Assembly: GCA_016717115.1 (NCBI GenBank)
Contig: JADKGE010000001.1
Span: 573,598 to 637,597, forward strand
Source: Actinomycetota bacterium
GTDB lineage: Bacteria; Actinomycetota; Actinomycetes; S36-B12
Direction of reading: 5' to 3'
DNA length: 64,000 nt
Both the position numbers and the translations under genes were made by a program. Of this stretch, positions 53,083 through 63,536 are shown piece by piece; position 1 is the first letter of the stretch; the number at the start of each line of letters is the position of its first letter. The notes beneath the pieces are model-generated. The model was not told the DNA's origin and did not search any database. It was given only the letters and a program-made list of their open reading frames with translations.

Positions 53083-53898
53083 GTGAACCGGCTGTCCGCG
53101 TTCGCACGCGCCTGCCACCCCGCGCCGACCGTGGTGGTCACGTTCGTCATCACCGCCTTCGCGTGGAGCCTGGGCTGGCGGCTCCCGGGCCTGGCCGGCG
53201 TCCTGCTCGCGGTTCTCGTGGGGCAATTGTCGATCGGATGGAGCAACGACGCCTTCGACGCGGACCTCGATGCGACCGTCGGGCGAGGATCCAAGCCCAC
53301 GGTCGCCGGCGACGTCACCGCTCGCGGACTCTGGCTCGCCGCCGCGACGGCCCTGGTCCTTTCGGCGGGGCTCAGCTGGGCCGTTGCCGGGCTCGTCGGC
53401 GGCACGCTGCACGTCTTCTCCGTGCTCATGGCCTGGCTCTACAACACCGTGCTGTCGCGAACCCCCTGGTCGTGGCTGCCGTACGCTCTCGCCTTCGGTG
53501 CCGTTTTTGCGTTCTTTACTTACGGCCTTGACGGATCCGCACCACCAGCCTGGACCGTCGCCGTCTTCGCCATCGTCGGAGTGAGCGCGCACCTGGCCAA
53601 CGCGGTGCCTGACATCAACGCCGACCGTGCCGCGGGAGTGGATGGCCTGGCCGTGCGGCTCGGCACGCGGGCGTCACTGGCGGTGTGCTGGGCGCTGCTG
53701 GGCATCGGGACCCTCATACTCGCCGTCGTGACGTGGGTCGACCAGCCATGGCTGGCGGTAATCGTCATTGCGGTCCTTCTCGTCGCAGGAGCAGTCGCCA
53801 TCTCCTCTCGCCGCAAGGGTGCCGACTTCGTCGCACTGATGGCTGTCGTAGCGATCGACGTCGTGGTCCTGGTGGTCGCGGCAGCGCAGGGAGGGTGA
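53083..53898 (+). CDS. UbiA-family prenyltransferase
   Basis: GTG at 53083 lies in frame in ORF 51937-53898. The product has about 8 TM helices. The Asp-rich motifs are SNDAFDADLD and PDINADRAAG. Confidence 0.7.
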   Translation: MNRLSAFARACHPAPTVVVTFVITAFAWSLGWRLPGLAGVLLAVLVGQLSIGWSNDAFDADLDATVGRGSKPTVAGDVTARGLWLAAATALVLSAGLSWAVAGLVGGTLHVFSVLMAWLYNTVLSRTPWSWLPYALAFGAVFAFFTYGLDGSAPPAWTVAVFAIVGVSAHLANAVPDINADRAAGVDGLAVRLGTRASLAVCWALLGIGTLILAVVTWVDQPWLAVIVIAVLLVAGAVAISSRRKGADFVALMAVVAIDVVVLVVAAAQGG

Positions 53899-53901
53899 CG
53901 A

Positions 53902-54504
53902 ATGGCGACCGAGCTTCCGGAGCTTGCCGTGCTCGACGTCGCCGAGTGGCGTGAGTGGCTGGCGCATCACCACCACGACTCGTCCGGGGTCTGGCTGCTC
54001 CTGGCCCGAAAAGGGACCACCGAGCCCACCAGCCTCAGCTACGCGCAGGCGCTCGACGAGGCGCTGTGCGTCGGCTGGATCGACGGCCAGGTTCGCCGCA
54101 ACGACGAGGCGACGTTCCGTCAGCGATTCACCCCGCGCACGGCACGCAGCGTCTGGTCGCGGCGTAACGTCGAGCACATCGCTCGCCTGGAGTCGGAGGG
54201 GCGCATGCGGCCGGCCGGCCGGGCGCAGGTCGAGCGAGCCATGGCCGACGGACGCTGGGAGGCGGCCTACGCCGGACCCGCGACGATCGAGGTGCCGGTT
54301 GACCTGGCGGCCGCGCTGGACGCAACGCCACGGGCCAAGGCCATGTTCGGCATCCTCACCAGCCAGAACCGCTACTCCGTGCTGCTGAGGATCGGCCAGG
54401 CGAAGCGTGCCGAGACGAGGGCTCGTCGCATCCAGGCGTTCGTCGCCATGCTTGAGCGGGGCGAGACCGTCTATCCGCAGAAGCGGACGCTGGACGACGA
54501 GTAG
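53902..54504 (+). CDS. YdeI/OmpD-associated (DUF1801-like) family protein
   Basis: 200 aa reading FRQRFTPRTARSVWSRRNVEHIARLESEGRM and NRYSVLLRIGQAKRAETRARRI. Confidence 0.7.
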   Translation: MATELPELAVLDVAEWREWLAHHHHDSSGVWLLLARKGTTEPTSLSYAQALDEALCVGWIDGQVRRNDEATFRQRFTPRTARSVWSRRNVEHIARLESEGRMRPAGRAQVERAMADGRWEAAYAGPATIEVPVDLAAALDATPRAKAMFGILTSQNRYSVLLRIGQAKRAETRARRIQAFVAMLERGETVYPQKRTLDDE

Positions 54505-54505
54505 G

Positions 54506-55276
54506 TCAGGGCTTGGCGGTCAGGCCGCCGTCGACGACGAGCGTCTGGCCCGTCATGAACGAGGATGCGTCGCTCGCCAGGAACAGCGCCGCCTGGGCGA
54601 TCTCCTCCGCTGTGCCCCATCGCGCCATGGGCACCCCCGACAGCAGGGCGCTCTCGGCGTGCTCGTCACTTCGGAGGAAGTCGGTGAGCTCGGTCTCGAT
54701 CCAGCCGGGCACCAGGGCGTTCACGCGAAGGCCCTGACCGGCCACCTCGACGGCAAGGCTGCGCGTCAGCGAGATGAGCGCGGCCTTCGCTGCGCCGTAG
54801 TGCGCCATCATCGGGGAGGCGCCTAGTCCCGCCACCGAGGCGACGTTGATCATCGATCCGTTGCCCGACTCGACCAACGGTGGGAGGGCCGCCTGGATCA
54901 GGCGGACCACCGACTCGAGGTTGAGTTCCATGGTCTTCTGCCAGCCGGAGTAGCGCATGGTCTGCAGGGGCGCCATGAACGAGTTGCCGCCCGCGTTGTT
55001 CACCAAGATGTCGATGCCACCCAGTTCGGAGACCGCCTGGTCGACGATGAGCGACGGGGCGTCGACATCCGTGATGTCGGTGGCGATCACCGAGCATCGT
55101 CGACCGGTCGCCCGGATCTCGTCCGCGACGGCGTCGAGAGTCTCGCGAGTGCGGGAGACGATGGCGACGTCAGCCCCCTCCTGGGCGAAGAGCGCCGCCA
55201 TCGCGCGGCCGATCCCGCGTGAGGCTCCGGTGATGACTGCGCGACGACCCTGGAGAGCCGGACCACGTGAGCTCAT
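54506..55276 (-). CDS. short-chain dehydrogenase/reductase (SDR)
   Basis: Start at 55276. The cofactor-binding motif is ITGASRGIGRA. NNAG and the catalytic YGAAK are present. Confidence 0.9.
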   Translation of the reverse strand: MSSRGPALQGRRAVITGASRGIGRAMAALFAQEGADVAIVSRTRETLDAVADEIRATGRRCSVIATDITDVDAPSLIVDQAVSELGGIDILVNNAGGNSFMAPLQTMRYSGWQKTMELNLESVVRLIQAALPPLVESGNGSMINVASVAGLGASPMMAHYGAAKAALISLTRSLAVEVAGQGLRVNALVPGWIETELTDFLRSDEHAESALLSGVPMARWGTAEEIAQAALFLASDASSFMTGQTLVVDGGLTAKP

Positions 55277-56301
55277 GACTGGTGACCGTCCTTCGTGCCG
55301 GAGATGTCGAGGATCAACTTGCCGAGGTTGTCGCCGGAGAACAGGCGCAGGAGAGCCTCGGGGAAGTCCGTCACCGCGCCGGCGACGATCGTCTCGGGCG
55401 CAGTGATCAGCCCGTCGTCCTTCCACGCGGCCAGGCGTTGTCGGGCCACCCGGTACTCCGCACTGTGGTCGAACACCAGGAAGCCGGTCATTGTCGCTCG
55501 CCGCACGAGCAGGTTCATGTAGTTGGACGGTCCGGGCGTCGGAGTCTCCGCGTTGTACTGGGAGATGGCGCCGCAGATCACCACCCGAGCATGCATGGCC
55601 AACGTCGAGAGCGCGGCGTTGAGGATCGAACCCCCGACGTTGTCGAAGTACACGTCGATGCCGTTGGGGCACGCCGTGGCCAGCGCTGGGCGCACGCGCT
55701 CGCTCTTGTAGTCGATGGCGTGGTCGAACCCGAGCTCCTCGACCACGTAGCGGCACTTGTCAGGACCTCCGGCGATCCCGATCACTCGGCAGCCACTGAT
55801 GCGGGCGAGCTGCCCGACCGTGGAGCCGACGGCTCCGGCAGCGCCGGAGACGACGACGGTGTCGCCCGCGGTCGGCCGGCCATGCGTGAAGAGCCCGAAG
55901 TAGGCCGTCAGCCCCGTGGAGCCCAGGAGCCCGAGATACATCGATGGGGTGCCGAGACTCGGGTCGACCAGAGTGACGTCCCGGCCGTTCGACACTGCGA
56001 ACTCCTGGACGCCGAAGGCTCCCTCGACCCAGGCCCCCACAGGGAACCGACGATGCTGCGAGGCGACGATCTCGCCGACGGCGCTGGCGCGCATGACGTC
56101 GCCGAGTCCGACCGGTGGCAGGTAGGAGGGCCGGTCGTCCAGCCAGCCGCGCATGGCCGGATCGAGCGAGATCATGGAGATTCTCACGACGAACTCGTTC
56201 GCGCCGGGCTCCGGCACCGGTTCGGCGACCTGAGCCCAGTCGTCCGCGACGGGCAGGCCGTTGGGACGTTGGGCGAGGCGGATCGATGTGTTCTGGGTCA
56301 T
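55273..56301 (-). CDS. NADP-dependent medium-chain oxidoreductase (YncB/PTGR/CurA-like)
   Basis: Start at MTQNTSIRL (56301). The cofactor motif is VSGAAGAVGSTVGQLA. ATGA overlaps the SDR gene. Confidence 0.85.
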   Translation of the reverse strand: MTQNTSIRLAQRPNGLPVADDWAQVAEPVPEPGANEFVVRISMISLDPAMRGWLDDRPSYLPPVGLGDVMRASAVGEIVASQHRRFPVGAWVEGAFGVQEFAVSNGRDVTLVDPSLGTPSMYLGLLGSTGLTAYFGLFTHGRPTAGDTVVVSGAAGAVGSTVGQLARISGCRVIGIAGGPDKCRYVVEELGFDHAIDYKSERVRPALATACPNGIDVYFDNVGGSILNAALSTLAMHARVVICGAISQYNAETPTPGPSNYMNLLVRRATMTGFLVFDHSAEYRVARQRLAAWKDDGLITAPETIVAGAVTDFPEALLRLFSGDNLGKLILDISGTKDGHQS

Positions 56302-56308
56302 GGCTGCT

Positions 56309-57532
56309 TCACGATAGTGGAAGCGAGGCACGAGGGCGCAGGACGGAGCTCAAGGGCACCAGCAGGAAGGCGGCGAGAATCGGCACCGTCAGGCCCCACG
56401 CGATGCCGAAGCGCTCAGCCACGGCGCCCACGGCGAGCGGCGCCAAGACGAAGCCGGCCCGCGCCAGCCAGCTCACCGTGGCCACGCCCATCGCCGGCCG
56501 CACCCCGGGGATGCGCGTGGCCGCGTGCATGGCGGCCGGGAACAACGTGGCGACGCCGACGCCGATCACGGCGCACGCCGCGATGTAGGCCCATGTCGTG
56601 CCGATGAGCAGGGCGACGGCCAGGGCGGTGCCCGTCACGGCCATGCTGACCCGGACGACCCGCACCTCGGAGAAGCGGTTGACCAGTCGGTCTCCACCGA
56701 ACCGCCCCACCGTCATGGCGATGGTGAACGCCGTGTAGCCCAGGCCCACCGATGCCGCCGATGCCCCGATGCCGGTGAGGTAGATCGAGCTCCATCGCGC
56801 AGGGACGTCCTCGATGATCACCGTGAGGAGCGTGAACAGCCCCAGGAGCGCCGTCAGACGCGTGAGGATCCCGCGATAGCCGACGGGGGGTGGCACCGAC
56901 GTGGGGTCGGCGTTCGTCGTGGCCTCGGCCAGCGCGAGGGCATCGGCGTCGCCGGTGTCGGGGTCGCGGCCCGGCAGCAGCCAACGGGCGGTCGTGGCGA
57001 CGGCCAGCGCGCTCGCCGCCGCGATGCCGGTCATGGCCCAGCCGAGGGGAATGCCGAGGGCCAAGGTGGCCGTCCCGACGAGCGCCCCCATGACGGCCCC
57101 GAGCGACCAGTAGCCGTGGAATCCGTTGATCACGGATCGTCCGTAGCGGGTCTGCACGCGCAGGCCGTGGGCGTTCATGGCCGCATCCATGACCCCATCG
57201 GTGGCCCCGAGCCAGAACAGGACCAGGGCCAGGAACAGCCCGCTGGGGGCGATTCCCACGAGGGGCAGGGCAGGCAGGAGCGTCACGAAGGCGAGCACCG
57301 AGACACGGGCGCTGTTGCTCCGGGCGACGAGCAGACCGGAGAGCGGTCCGACCATGAGACCGCCGGCTGCACCACACGCGAGCACAAGGCCGAGCTGGGC
57401 GTCGTTGAGTCCGAGATCGGCTTGCACCTGGGCCAATCGCGGCAGCCATGCGGCCAGCGCGATGCCGTTGACGACGAACAGCACGGACACTGCCACGCGT
57501 GCGCGAGTGAGCGCGGGCGAGGGCGAGGGCAC
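56309..57532 (-). CDS. MFS transporter
   Basis: 407 aa with about 12 TM helices. Confidence 0.8.
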   Translation of the reverse strand: MPSPSPALTRARVAVSVLFVVNGIALAAWLPRLAQVQADLGLNDAQLGLVLACGAAGGLMVGPLSGLLVARSNSARVSVLAFVTLLPALPLVGIAPSGLFLALVLFWLGATDGVMDAAMNAHGLRVQTRYGRSVINGFHGYWSLGAVMGALVGTATLALGIPLGWAMTGIAAASALAVATTARWLLPGRDPDTGDADALALAEATTNADPTSVPPPVGYRGILTRLTALLGLFTLLTVIIEDVPARWSSIYLTGIGASAASVGLGYTAFTIAMTVGRFGGDRLVNRFSEVRVVRVSMAVTGTALAVALLIGTTWAYIAACAVIGVGVATLFPAAMHAATRIPGVRPAMGVATVSWLARAGFVLAPLAVGAVAERFGIAWGLTVPILAAFLLVPLSSVLRPRASLPLS

Positions 57533-57605
57533 GAGCCAACCCTAGGCGGAATGCCGTCGCGGCCCTGGGCGGAATGACGGCGCGGCTCGCGCGGTTGCGG
57601 CTGAT

Positions 57606-58163
57606 GTGACCCAAGAGCAGACGTACCAGGTCGTGGCCGAGCACGGAGACGTGGAGCTTCGTCGGTATGCGCCGTGCGTACTCGCCGAAGTGGTCGTGTC
57701 CGGGTCGGCCGAGCGCGCGGGTAACACGGCGTTTCGCCCGCTGCTCTCCTACATCTCAGGGCGCAACCGGTCCCGCGTCACGCTCGACATGACGTCCCCC
57801 GTGCTGCAGTCGAACGAGAAGCTCGCCATGACCGCGCCGGTGATCCAGCAGGCGACCACGGAGGAGCGGTGGATGGTCTCCTTCGTCCTGCCGGGGTCCC
57901 GAGAGATCGAGGACTACCCGGAGCCGCTGGACGCGTCCGTCACCCTGCGTGCGGTGCCGACGCAGGATGCGGCGGTCCTTCGGTGGTCGGGCAGATGGAC
58001 GTCGTCGAACGTCAGCAGGCGCACCGAGCAACTACGCGCCGTGATCGGCGACGCTGGCTGGACGGAGGCCGGGGAGCCGCGGTGGGCCCGCTTCGACCCC
58101 CCGTGGAAGCCGGCTTTCGCCCGTCGCAACGAGATCGTCATCCCGGTGTCCATCGCGTCCTGA
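57606..58163 (+). CDS. SOUL heme-binding family protein
   Basis: 185 aa reading YQVVAEHGDVELRRYAP and NTAFRPLLSYISG. Confidence 0.8.
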   Translation: MTQEQTYQVVAEHGDVELRRYAPCVLAEVVVSGSAERAGNTAFRPLLSYISGRNRSRVTLDMTSPVLQSNEKLAMTAPVIQQATTEERWMVSFVLPGSREIEDYPEPLDASVTLRAVPTQDAAVLRWSGRWTSSNVSRRTEQLRAVIGDAGWTEAGEPRWARFDPPWKPAFARRNEIVIPVSIAS

Positions 58164-58256
58164 CCGGACCGCCCTGGTCGCCCTGGCGTTTCGCAACCTA
58201 CGGTTCCGTAAGTTACGGTAGAGTAAGTTACGCACCAGGGGATCGAAGGAGACGAC

Positions 58257-59175
58257 ATGACCGAGCACGACACGCGGGCGACGGGTCTGCGCCAGTCGGC
58301 GTTCCTGCACGGACGTGAGGTGGCCTTCCGCCATCTGCCGGGTGCGGGCACCCCCGTCCTGCTCATTCACGGCATCGGCTCCAGCATGGAGACCTGGGTT
58401 GACATCCCCGAGCGGCTGTCGGCGGCAGGCGTCCACGTCGTCGCTGTCGACCTCAGCGGTCACGGCGACTCGTCGAAGGGTCCGGGCGACTACAGCCTGG
58501 GCTCGCTCGCGAGCACGCTGCGCGACCTGCTCGACTACCTCGGCTTCGATCGGGTGCATCTCGTCGGGCATTCCCTCGGCGGCGGGGTCTCGATGCAGTT
58601 CGCCTACCAGTTTCCCCGAGCGGGTCGACGCGATCGTGCTGGTCTCCAGTGGCGGGCTCGGCGAGGAGGTCTTCACCGGTCTGCGGGCCGCAAGCCTGCC
58701 CGGATCCGAGATTGCGATTCGCTGGGCCATCAATCCCCGGACGCTCAAGGGGGCCTCATGGCTTGGGGCGAAACTGTCCCGGATCGGCCTCGAGCCACAT
58801 GCCCTCAGCCCCGGGGCGCTGGAGACGGTGAGCTGGCTCGGCGAGGAGGATCGGCGCACCGCGTTCCTCGCGACGCTCAGGAGCGTGGTCAGCCCGAAGG
58901 GGCAGACCGTCTGCGCGCTGGACAAGATCCACCTCATGACCGCCGACAAGGTGCTCATCATCTGGGGCGACAAGGATCCGATGATCCCCATGAAGCACGG
59001 CCAGAACGCCCACGATCTGCTGCCCGGCAGCCGCTTCGTCGTGTTTCCTGGCGCTGCGCACGAGCCGCACATCCACGACCCCGCCCGGTTCGCCGCCCTG
59101 ATCGCCGAGCATGTGACCGCCGTGTCCGCGCAAGGCGAGGGTCAGGTCGCCCAGCGGCCCCCACGCGGGACGTAG
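58257..59175 (+). pseudogene. alpha/beta-hydrolase, one frameshift
   Basis: The N-terminal frame reads VLLIHGIGSS and has the nucleophile elbow LVGHSLGGGVS. An extra C in the CCCC run near 58616 shifts the frame. The remainder (ERVDAIVLVSSGGLG...FPGAAHEPHIHDP) lies in ORF 58315-59175. Confidence 0.8.
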
Positions 59176-59207
59176 GCTGGCCTTCGCGCCGACCCGCGAG
59201 GAGCCTG

Positions 59208-59471
59208 ATGAGCACTGAGCCCGACCCCTTCGACGACCTCGTCCTGAACGACGACTTCATCGCCGACGGACCCAAGGAGGCGACCGCCGACGAGCGCATC
59301 GCCAAGGCGAACCGGATCGCGCGCAGCAACGACCGGCTCAAGGCGTCAGGGGAGATCTCGGACGGGTCCGGGAAGCCGCGCTTCCACCGCGTGCGCAAGT
59401 CGGCCCCCTGGATCGCGATCGGCGCGATCGTCGGCATCACGATCATCGTCATCGTCCTCATCGCGCGGTAA
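59208..59471 (+). CDS. hypothetical C-terminally membrane-anchored protein (87 aa)
   Basis: SD GAGGAG precedes ATG at 59208. The C-terminal TM segment is WIAIGAIVGITIIVIVLIA. Confidence 0.45.
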   Translation: MSTEPDPFDDLVLNDDFIADGPKEATADERIAKANRIARSNDRLKASGEISDGSGKPRFHRVRKSAPWIAIGAIVGITIIVIVLIAR

Positions 59472-59502
59472 CAGCCGGCACGCGGCGTGGGAGGGTGGGC
59501 CC

Positions 59503-60210
59503 GTGGAAGACCTGCGCGTCCAGCTGACCGAGTCCGTGGCGGTCGATGACTTCGTCACCTGGTCGGAGTGGGCCTTGGCCCGGGTCGGCTTCCGCCCGAG
59601 CAACACCCTCGCCGTCGTGGATGTGTGCCGCGACGAGCTGATGGCCGATTTCGATGACGCCGTCTCCGTGGTCTGGGGTAAGCCCTTCGACATCGGTGCG
59701 TTGGCCGGCATGGTGTTCCTGGGGAAGACGGGCCTTCAGGCCGCGCTGAGCCACGTTCCCGGCGAGGACGGCAGGCATCGGTTCGTGGTGTTCTGCTTCC
59801 CGCATATCGGCTTCGACGACGAGGGCACCGTCGGCCGCGTGCTGCGACGCGGGATGTCGAGGGCGTCGACGGCCTGCGGCGCCCTCGCCGCGTTCCGCTC
59901 CGAGCTGGCCACCGGCGACCGGGCGTTCTCGCTCGACACCGACGACGTCGAGCAATCGCTCCTGCGGATGAGACTCGCGCCCCTCGTGCCGGGCACCGAG
60001 GTGCCGTCCCTCCTCGGGCTCACCGAGCTGGCCCGAGCCACGGCGGTGGCTGATGTCCGCCACTTCGTCGACCTTGCCCGCGGCTCGGAGCCGGTCGACG
60101 TGGCGTACATCAGCGGCATCGTCGTGCACCTGCCCGAGGGCGTCGACCGAGTGGTGAGCGTCGCCGCAGAGGTCATCATCGACGACATCGTCATAGCACT
60201 TCCCCACTGA
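59503..60210 (+). CDS. LCIB/LCIC-like (beta-carbonic-anhydrase-fold) protein, tentative
   Basis: 235 aa reading VCRDEL, GMVFLGKTGLQAALSHVP, FCFPHIGFDDEGTVGRVLRRGM and STACGALAAF. This pattern of putative Cys/His/Cys zinc ligands resembles algal limiting-CO2-inducible proteins as I recall them. Confidence 0.45.
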   Translation: MEDLRVQLTESVAVDDFVTWSEWALARVGFRPSNTLAVVDVCRDELMADFDDAVSVVWGKPFDIGALAGMVFLGKTGLQAALSHVPGEDGRHRFVVFCFPHIGFDDEGTVGRVLRRGMSRASTACGALAAFRSELATGDRAFSLDTDDVEQSLLRMRLAPLVPGTEVPSLLGLTELARATAVADVRHFVDLARGSEPVDVAYISGIVVHLPEGVDRVVSVAAEVIIDDIVIALPH

Positions 60211-60264
60211 GGGCGCGGTACGGTGCCATCCGACCCCCGTCCGCTCCGATAGGAGACCCGAGCA

Positions 60265-62343
60265 GTGTCCGACAGCCTGTACATCACCTCCACGACGATC
60301 CGGGCGGGCAAGGCCGTCGTGGCGCTCGGCACGCTGGAGACACTGGCCCGACAGGTGGGCCGCATCGGGGTGTTCCGGCCCGTGGTCGACGGTGACGGCG
60401 AGCACGACGCCCTCCTCGAGCTGCTGACGGTTCGCTACCAGTTGCGCGCCGATCACTCGTACGGACTCACGTACGCCGAGGCAGCGGCCTACGTCGACGA
60501 GGACGGTGACTCGCGGCTGGTCGCCCATCTGGTCGACGCCTTCATCCACATGAAGGAGCACTACGACTTCGTCCTCGTCGTCGGAACCGACTTCACCGGT
60601 CCGTCCCCCTCCACGGAACTGGCCCTCAACGCTCGACTGGCCTCGAACATGGGCTCACCCGTGCTGGCGGTCGTCAACGGGCACGACCTCGACGAGCTGG
60701 AGGTCGTCAACGCGATGGACTCCTCGACGAGCCTGCTCGCCCGCCTCGGCTGCTCCGTCGTCACGACGATCATCAACCGTGTCGATCCCGAACGGGTCGA
60801 GCGCATTCGCGCGCGGATCGCCGAGGAACCGCACCGCTCGCCGGTGTACGTGCTCCGCGACCTGCCCGTCCTTTCTGCCCTTACGGTCGAGGAGGTCGCG
60901 AACGGCCTCCACGGCGTGGTCCTCGTCGGCGGACCGGACAGCCTCCAGCGCGAGGTGGATGCCTACGTGGCCGGGTCCGGGCATCTGCAGACCCTGCTGC
61001 CGATCCTGTCCGACGGGGCGCTGGTGGTGGCCTCTGGCGATCGCGCCGACCTGGCCGTCGGAACCGCTGCCTCAGCGCTGAGCCGTGACATGCCGACGCC
61101 GTCGGGGGTAGTGCTCACGTGCGGGCATCGCCCCGACCCCATGACGCAGATGCTGCTCGAGGCGTCCGGGCTCCCGGTCGTCGCCGTCGAGCCGGACACG
61201 TATCAGACGCTCCACGCGATCGAGGGACTTCGGGGCGAGATCCGCTCGACCAGCCGGCGCAAGATCGCGGCCGCCCTGGGCGAGTTCAACGCAGGTGTGA
61301 ACGTCGACGAACTGTCGTCGCAGATCCGGCTCTCCCACCCGTCGGTGATCACGCCCCTCATGTTCTCCTTCGGACTGCTCGAGCGGGCGAGGGCCGACCG
61401 CAAGCGGATCGTCCTGCCGGAGGCCACCGACGAGCGCGTGCTGCGAGCGGCCGAGGAACTGGTGCACTCACTCGTCGTCGACATCACCCTGCTGGGCTCG
61501 CCTACCGAGGTCCAGGCGAAGGCCGTGGCGACGGGCGTCGACCTGGCCGGCATGCAGATCATCGACCCGTCCACCTCGCCGCTGCGCGACGAGTTCGCCG
61601 AGGAGTACGCGCGCCTGCGTGCCCACAAGGGCGTGACCCTCGAGGCCGCCTACGACACGGTCGTCGACCCTTCCTACTTCGGCACGATGCTGGTGCAGAC
61701 CGGCCGCGTGGACGGCATGGTCTCCGGGGCCGCGCACACCACGGCCAACACGATCCGGCCCGCCCTCGAGATCATCCGCACCACCCCCGACGCGAAGATC
61801 GTCTCGAGCGCGTTCCTCATGTGCCTGCCGGACCGTGTCCTCGTGTTCGCCGACTGCGCCGTCAATCCCGACCCGTCGGCCGAGGAACTCGCCGACATCG
61901 CCGTCAACAGCGCCGACACGGCCCAGGCCTTCGGGGTCGAGCCACGCGTGGCGATGGTGTCCTACTCCACCGGCACGTCCGGCACGGGCAGTGACGTGGA
62001 CAAGGTGCGCGCCGCGACTGCGCTGGTCGCCGCGCGTCGGCCCGACCTGCCGCTCGCCGGCCCGATCCAGTACGACGCTGCTGTCGACGAGGGCGTCGGC
62101 GCCGCCAAGCTGCCGGGCAATCCGGTGGCGGGGCACGCCACGGTGATGATCTTCCCGGACCTGAACACGGGCAACACCACCTACAAGGCCGTGCAGCGCT
62201 CGTCGGCGGCCGTCGCCATCGGGCCTGTCCTCCAGGGGCTGCGAAGGCCCGTGAACGACCTGTCGCGCGGCTGTACCGTGCCCGACATCATCAACACGGT
62301 GGCCATCACGGCGATCCAGGCCCAGCAGGTGGCGGCGCGGTGA
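60265..62343 (+). CDS. pta: phosphate acetyltransferase, long form (N-terminal P-loop/DRTGG region plus PTA domain)
   Basis: 692 aa. The C-terminal PTA_PTB sequences are MVSGAAHTTANTIRPALEII, the ADCAVNPDP motif, and NTGNTTYKAVQR. It overlaps ackA by 4 nt. Confidence 0.9.
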   Translation: MSDSLYITSTTIRAGKAVVALGTLETLARQVGRIGVFRPVVDGDGEHDALLELLTVRYQLRADHSYGLTYAEAAAYVDEDGDSRLVAHLVDAFIHMKEHYDFVLVVGTDFTGPSPSTELALNARLASNMGSPVLAVVNGHDLDELEVVNAMDSSTSLLARLGCSVVTTIINRVDPERVERIRARIAEEPHRSPVYVLRDLPVLSALTVEEVANGLHGVVLVGGPDSLQREVDAYVAGSGHLQTLLPILSDGALVVASGDRADLAVGTAASALSRDMPTPSGVVLTCGHRPDPMTQMLLEASGLPVVAVEPDTYQTLHAIEGLRGEIRSTSRRKIAAALGEFNAGVNVDELSSQIRLSHPSVITPLMFSFGLLERARADRKRIVLPEATDERVLRAAEELVHSLVVDITLLGSPTEVQAKAVATGVDLAGMQIIDPSTSPLRDEFAEEYARLRAHKGVTLEAAYDTVVDPSYFGTMLVQTGRVDGMVSGAAHTTANTIRPALEIIRTTPDAKIVSSAFLMCLPDRVLVFADCAVNPDPSAEELADIAVNSADTAQAFGVEPRVAMVSYSTGTSGTGSDVDKVRAATALVAARRPDLPLAGPIQYDAAVDEGVGAAKLPGNPVAGHATVMIFPDLNTGNTTYKAVQRSSAAVAIGPVLQGLRRPVNDLSRGCTVPDIINTVAITAIQAQQVAAR

Positions 62344-63536
62344 GCCTTGTCCTCGTCATCAACTCGGGGTCCTCGAGCCTGAAGTACCAGCTGGTCGACG
62401 TCGAGCAGGGCACCTGGATCGCCAAGGGGCTTGTCGAGCGCATCGGCGAGGGACTGTCGCGGCTCGTGCATGAGGTGCGCGACGCCGACGTGGTCGAGGT
62501 CGACATGTCCCTGCCCGACCATGCAGCGGCCCTGGAACTGGTGCTCGACACGTTCGACGGGGTGGGCCCGCCCCTGGACGGCCTCGTGGCCGTCGGCCAT
62601 CGCGTCGTCCATGGCGGCCCCGACTACCGCGAGCCCGTCATCGTCGACGACGAGGTCGAGCAGGCGATCGAGGAGATCGTCCCGCTCGCGCCGCTGCACA
62701 ATCCCGCCGCGCTCCTGGGCATTCGCGATCTGCGACGCCTCATGCCCGATGTGCCGCACGTGGCCGTCTTCGACACCGCCTTCCATGCCACGATGCCGCC
62801 TGAGGCCTACACGTACGCCATCCCCGCGGATCTGGCGGCCGAGTACCGGATCCGGCGCTACGGGTTCCACGGCACGAGCTACCGCAACGTCACGCGCAAG
62901 GCGGCGGCGTTCCTCAGCACTCCGGTCGACGACGTGAACCTCATCGTGTGCCACCTCGGCAACGGCGCGTCGATGGCGGCGATCCGCGGTGGACGGTCGG
63001 TCGACACCACGATGGGCCTGACCCCGCTCCAGGGCCTGATGATGGGTACCCGGTCGGGGGACATCGATCCGGCGGTGGTCTTCCACCTCGTACGGGTGGC
63101 CGGCCTCACGCTCGACGATGTCGACGCGATGCTCAACAAGGCGAGCGGGCTCAAGGGGCTCGCGGGCGATCAGGACATGCGCGAGGTACGTCATCGCGCG
63201 GCCACGGGCGACACTGCGGCGCGGCGAGCCCTCGACGTCTACGCGTATCGCATCCGCGCCTACGTCGGCGCATACCTCGCGGTGGTCCCCGGCGTTCAGG
63301 CCATCGTGTTCACCGCGGGGATCGGCGAGAACGACGCCGCCCTTCGACGCGAGGTGTGCGGGCCGCTCCGGCACCTGGGCATCCACCTCGACGACGACCT
63401 CAACCGTTCAGCCTCCTCGGCTGCCCGGGCGATCGACGACGGCACGGGCACGATCCGCATCCTCGTCATCCCGACGAACGAGGAGGCCGAGATCGCCAGG
63501 CAGGCCCAGGAGGCCGTCGTGGCGCTACGCGCCTGA
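62340..63536 (+). CDS. ackA: acetate kinase
   Basis: 398 aa reading VLVINSGSSSLKYQL, GHRVVHGG, LAPLHNPA, RRYGFHGTSY and the CHLGNGAS motif. Confidence 0.95.
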   Translation: MSLVLVINSGSSSLKYQLVDVEQGTWIAKGLVERIGEGLSRLVHEVRDADVVEVDMSLPDHAAALELVLDTFDGVGPPLDGLVAVGHRVVHGGPDYREPVIVDDEVEQAIEEIVPLAPLHNPAALLGIRDLRRLMPDVPHVAVFDTAFHATMPPEAYTYAIPADLAAEYRIRRYGFHGTSYRNVTRKAAAFLSTPVDDVNLIVCHLGNGASMAAIRGGRSVDTTMGLTPLQGLMMGTRSGDIDPAVVFHLVRVAGLTLDDVDAMLNKASGLKGLAGDQDMREVRHRAATGDTAARRALDVYAYRIRAYVGAYLAVVPGVQAIVFTAGIGENDAALRREVCGPLRHLGIHLDDDLNRSASSAARAIDDGTGTIRILVIPTNEEAEIARQAQEAVVALRA

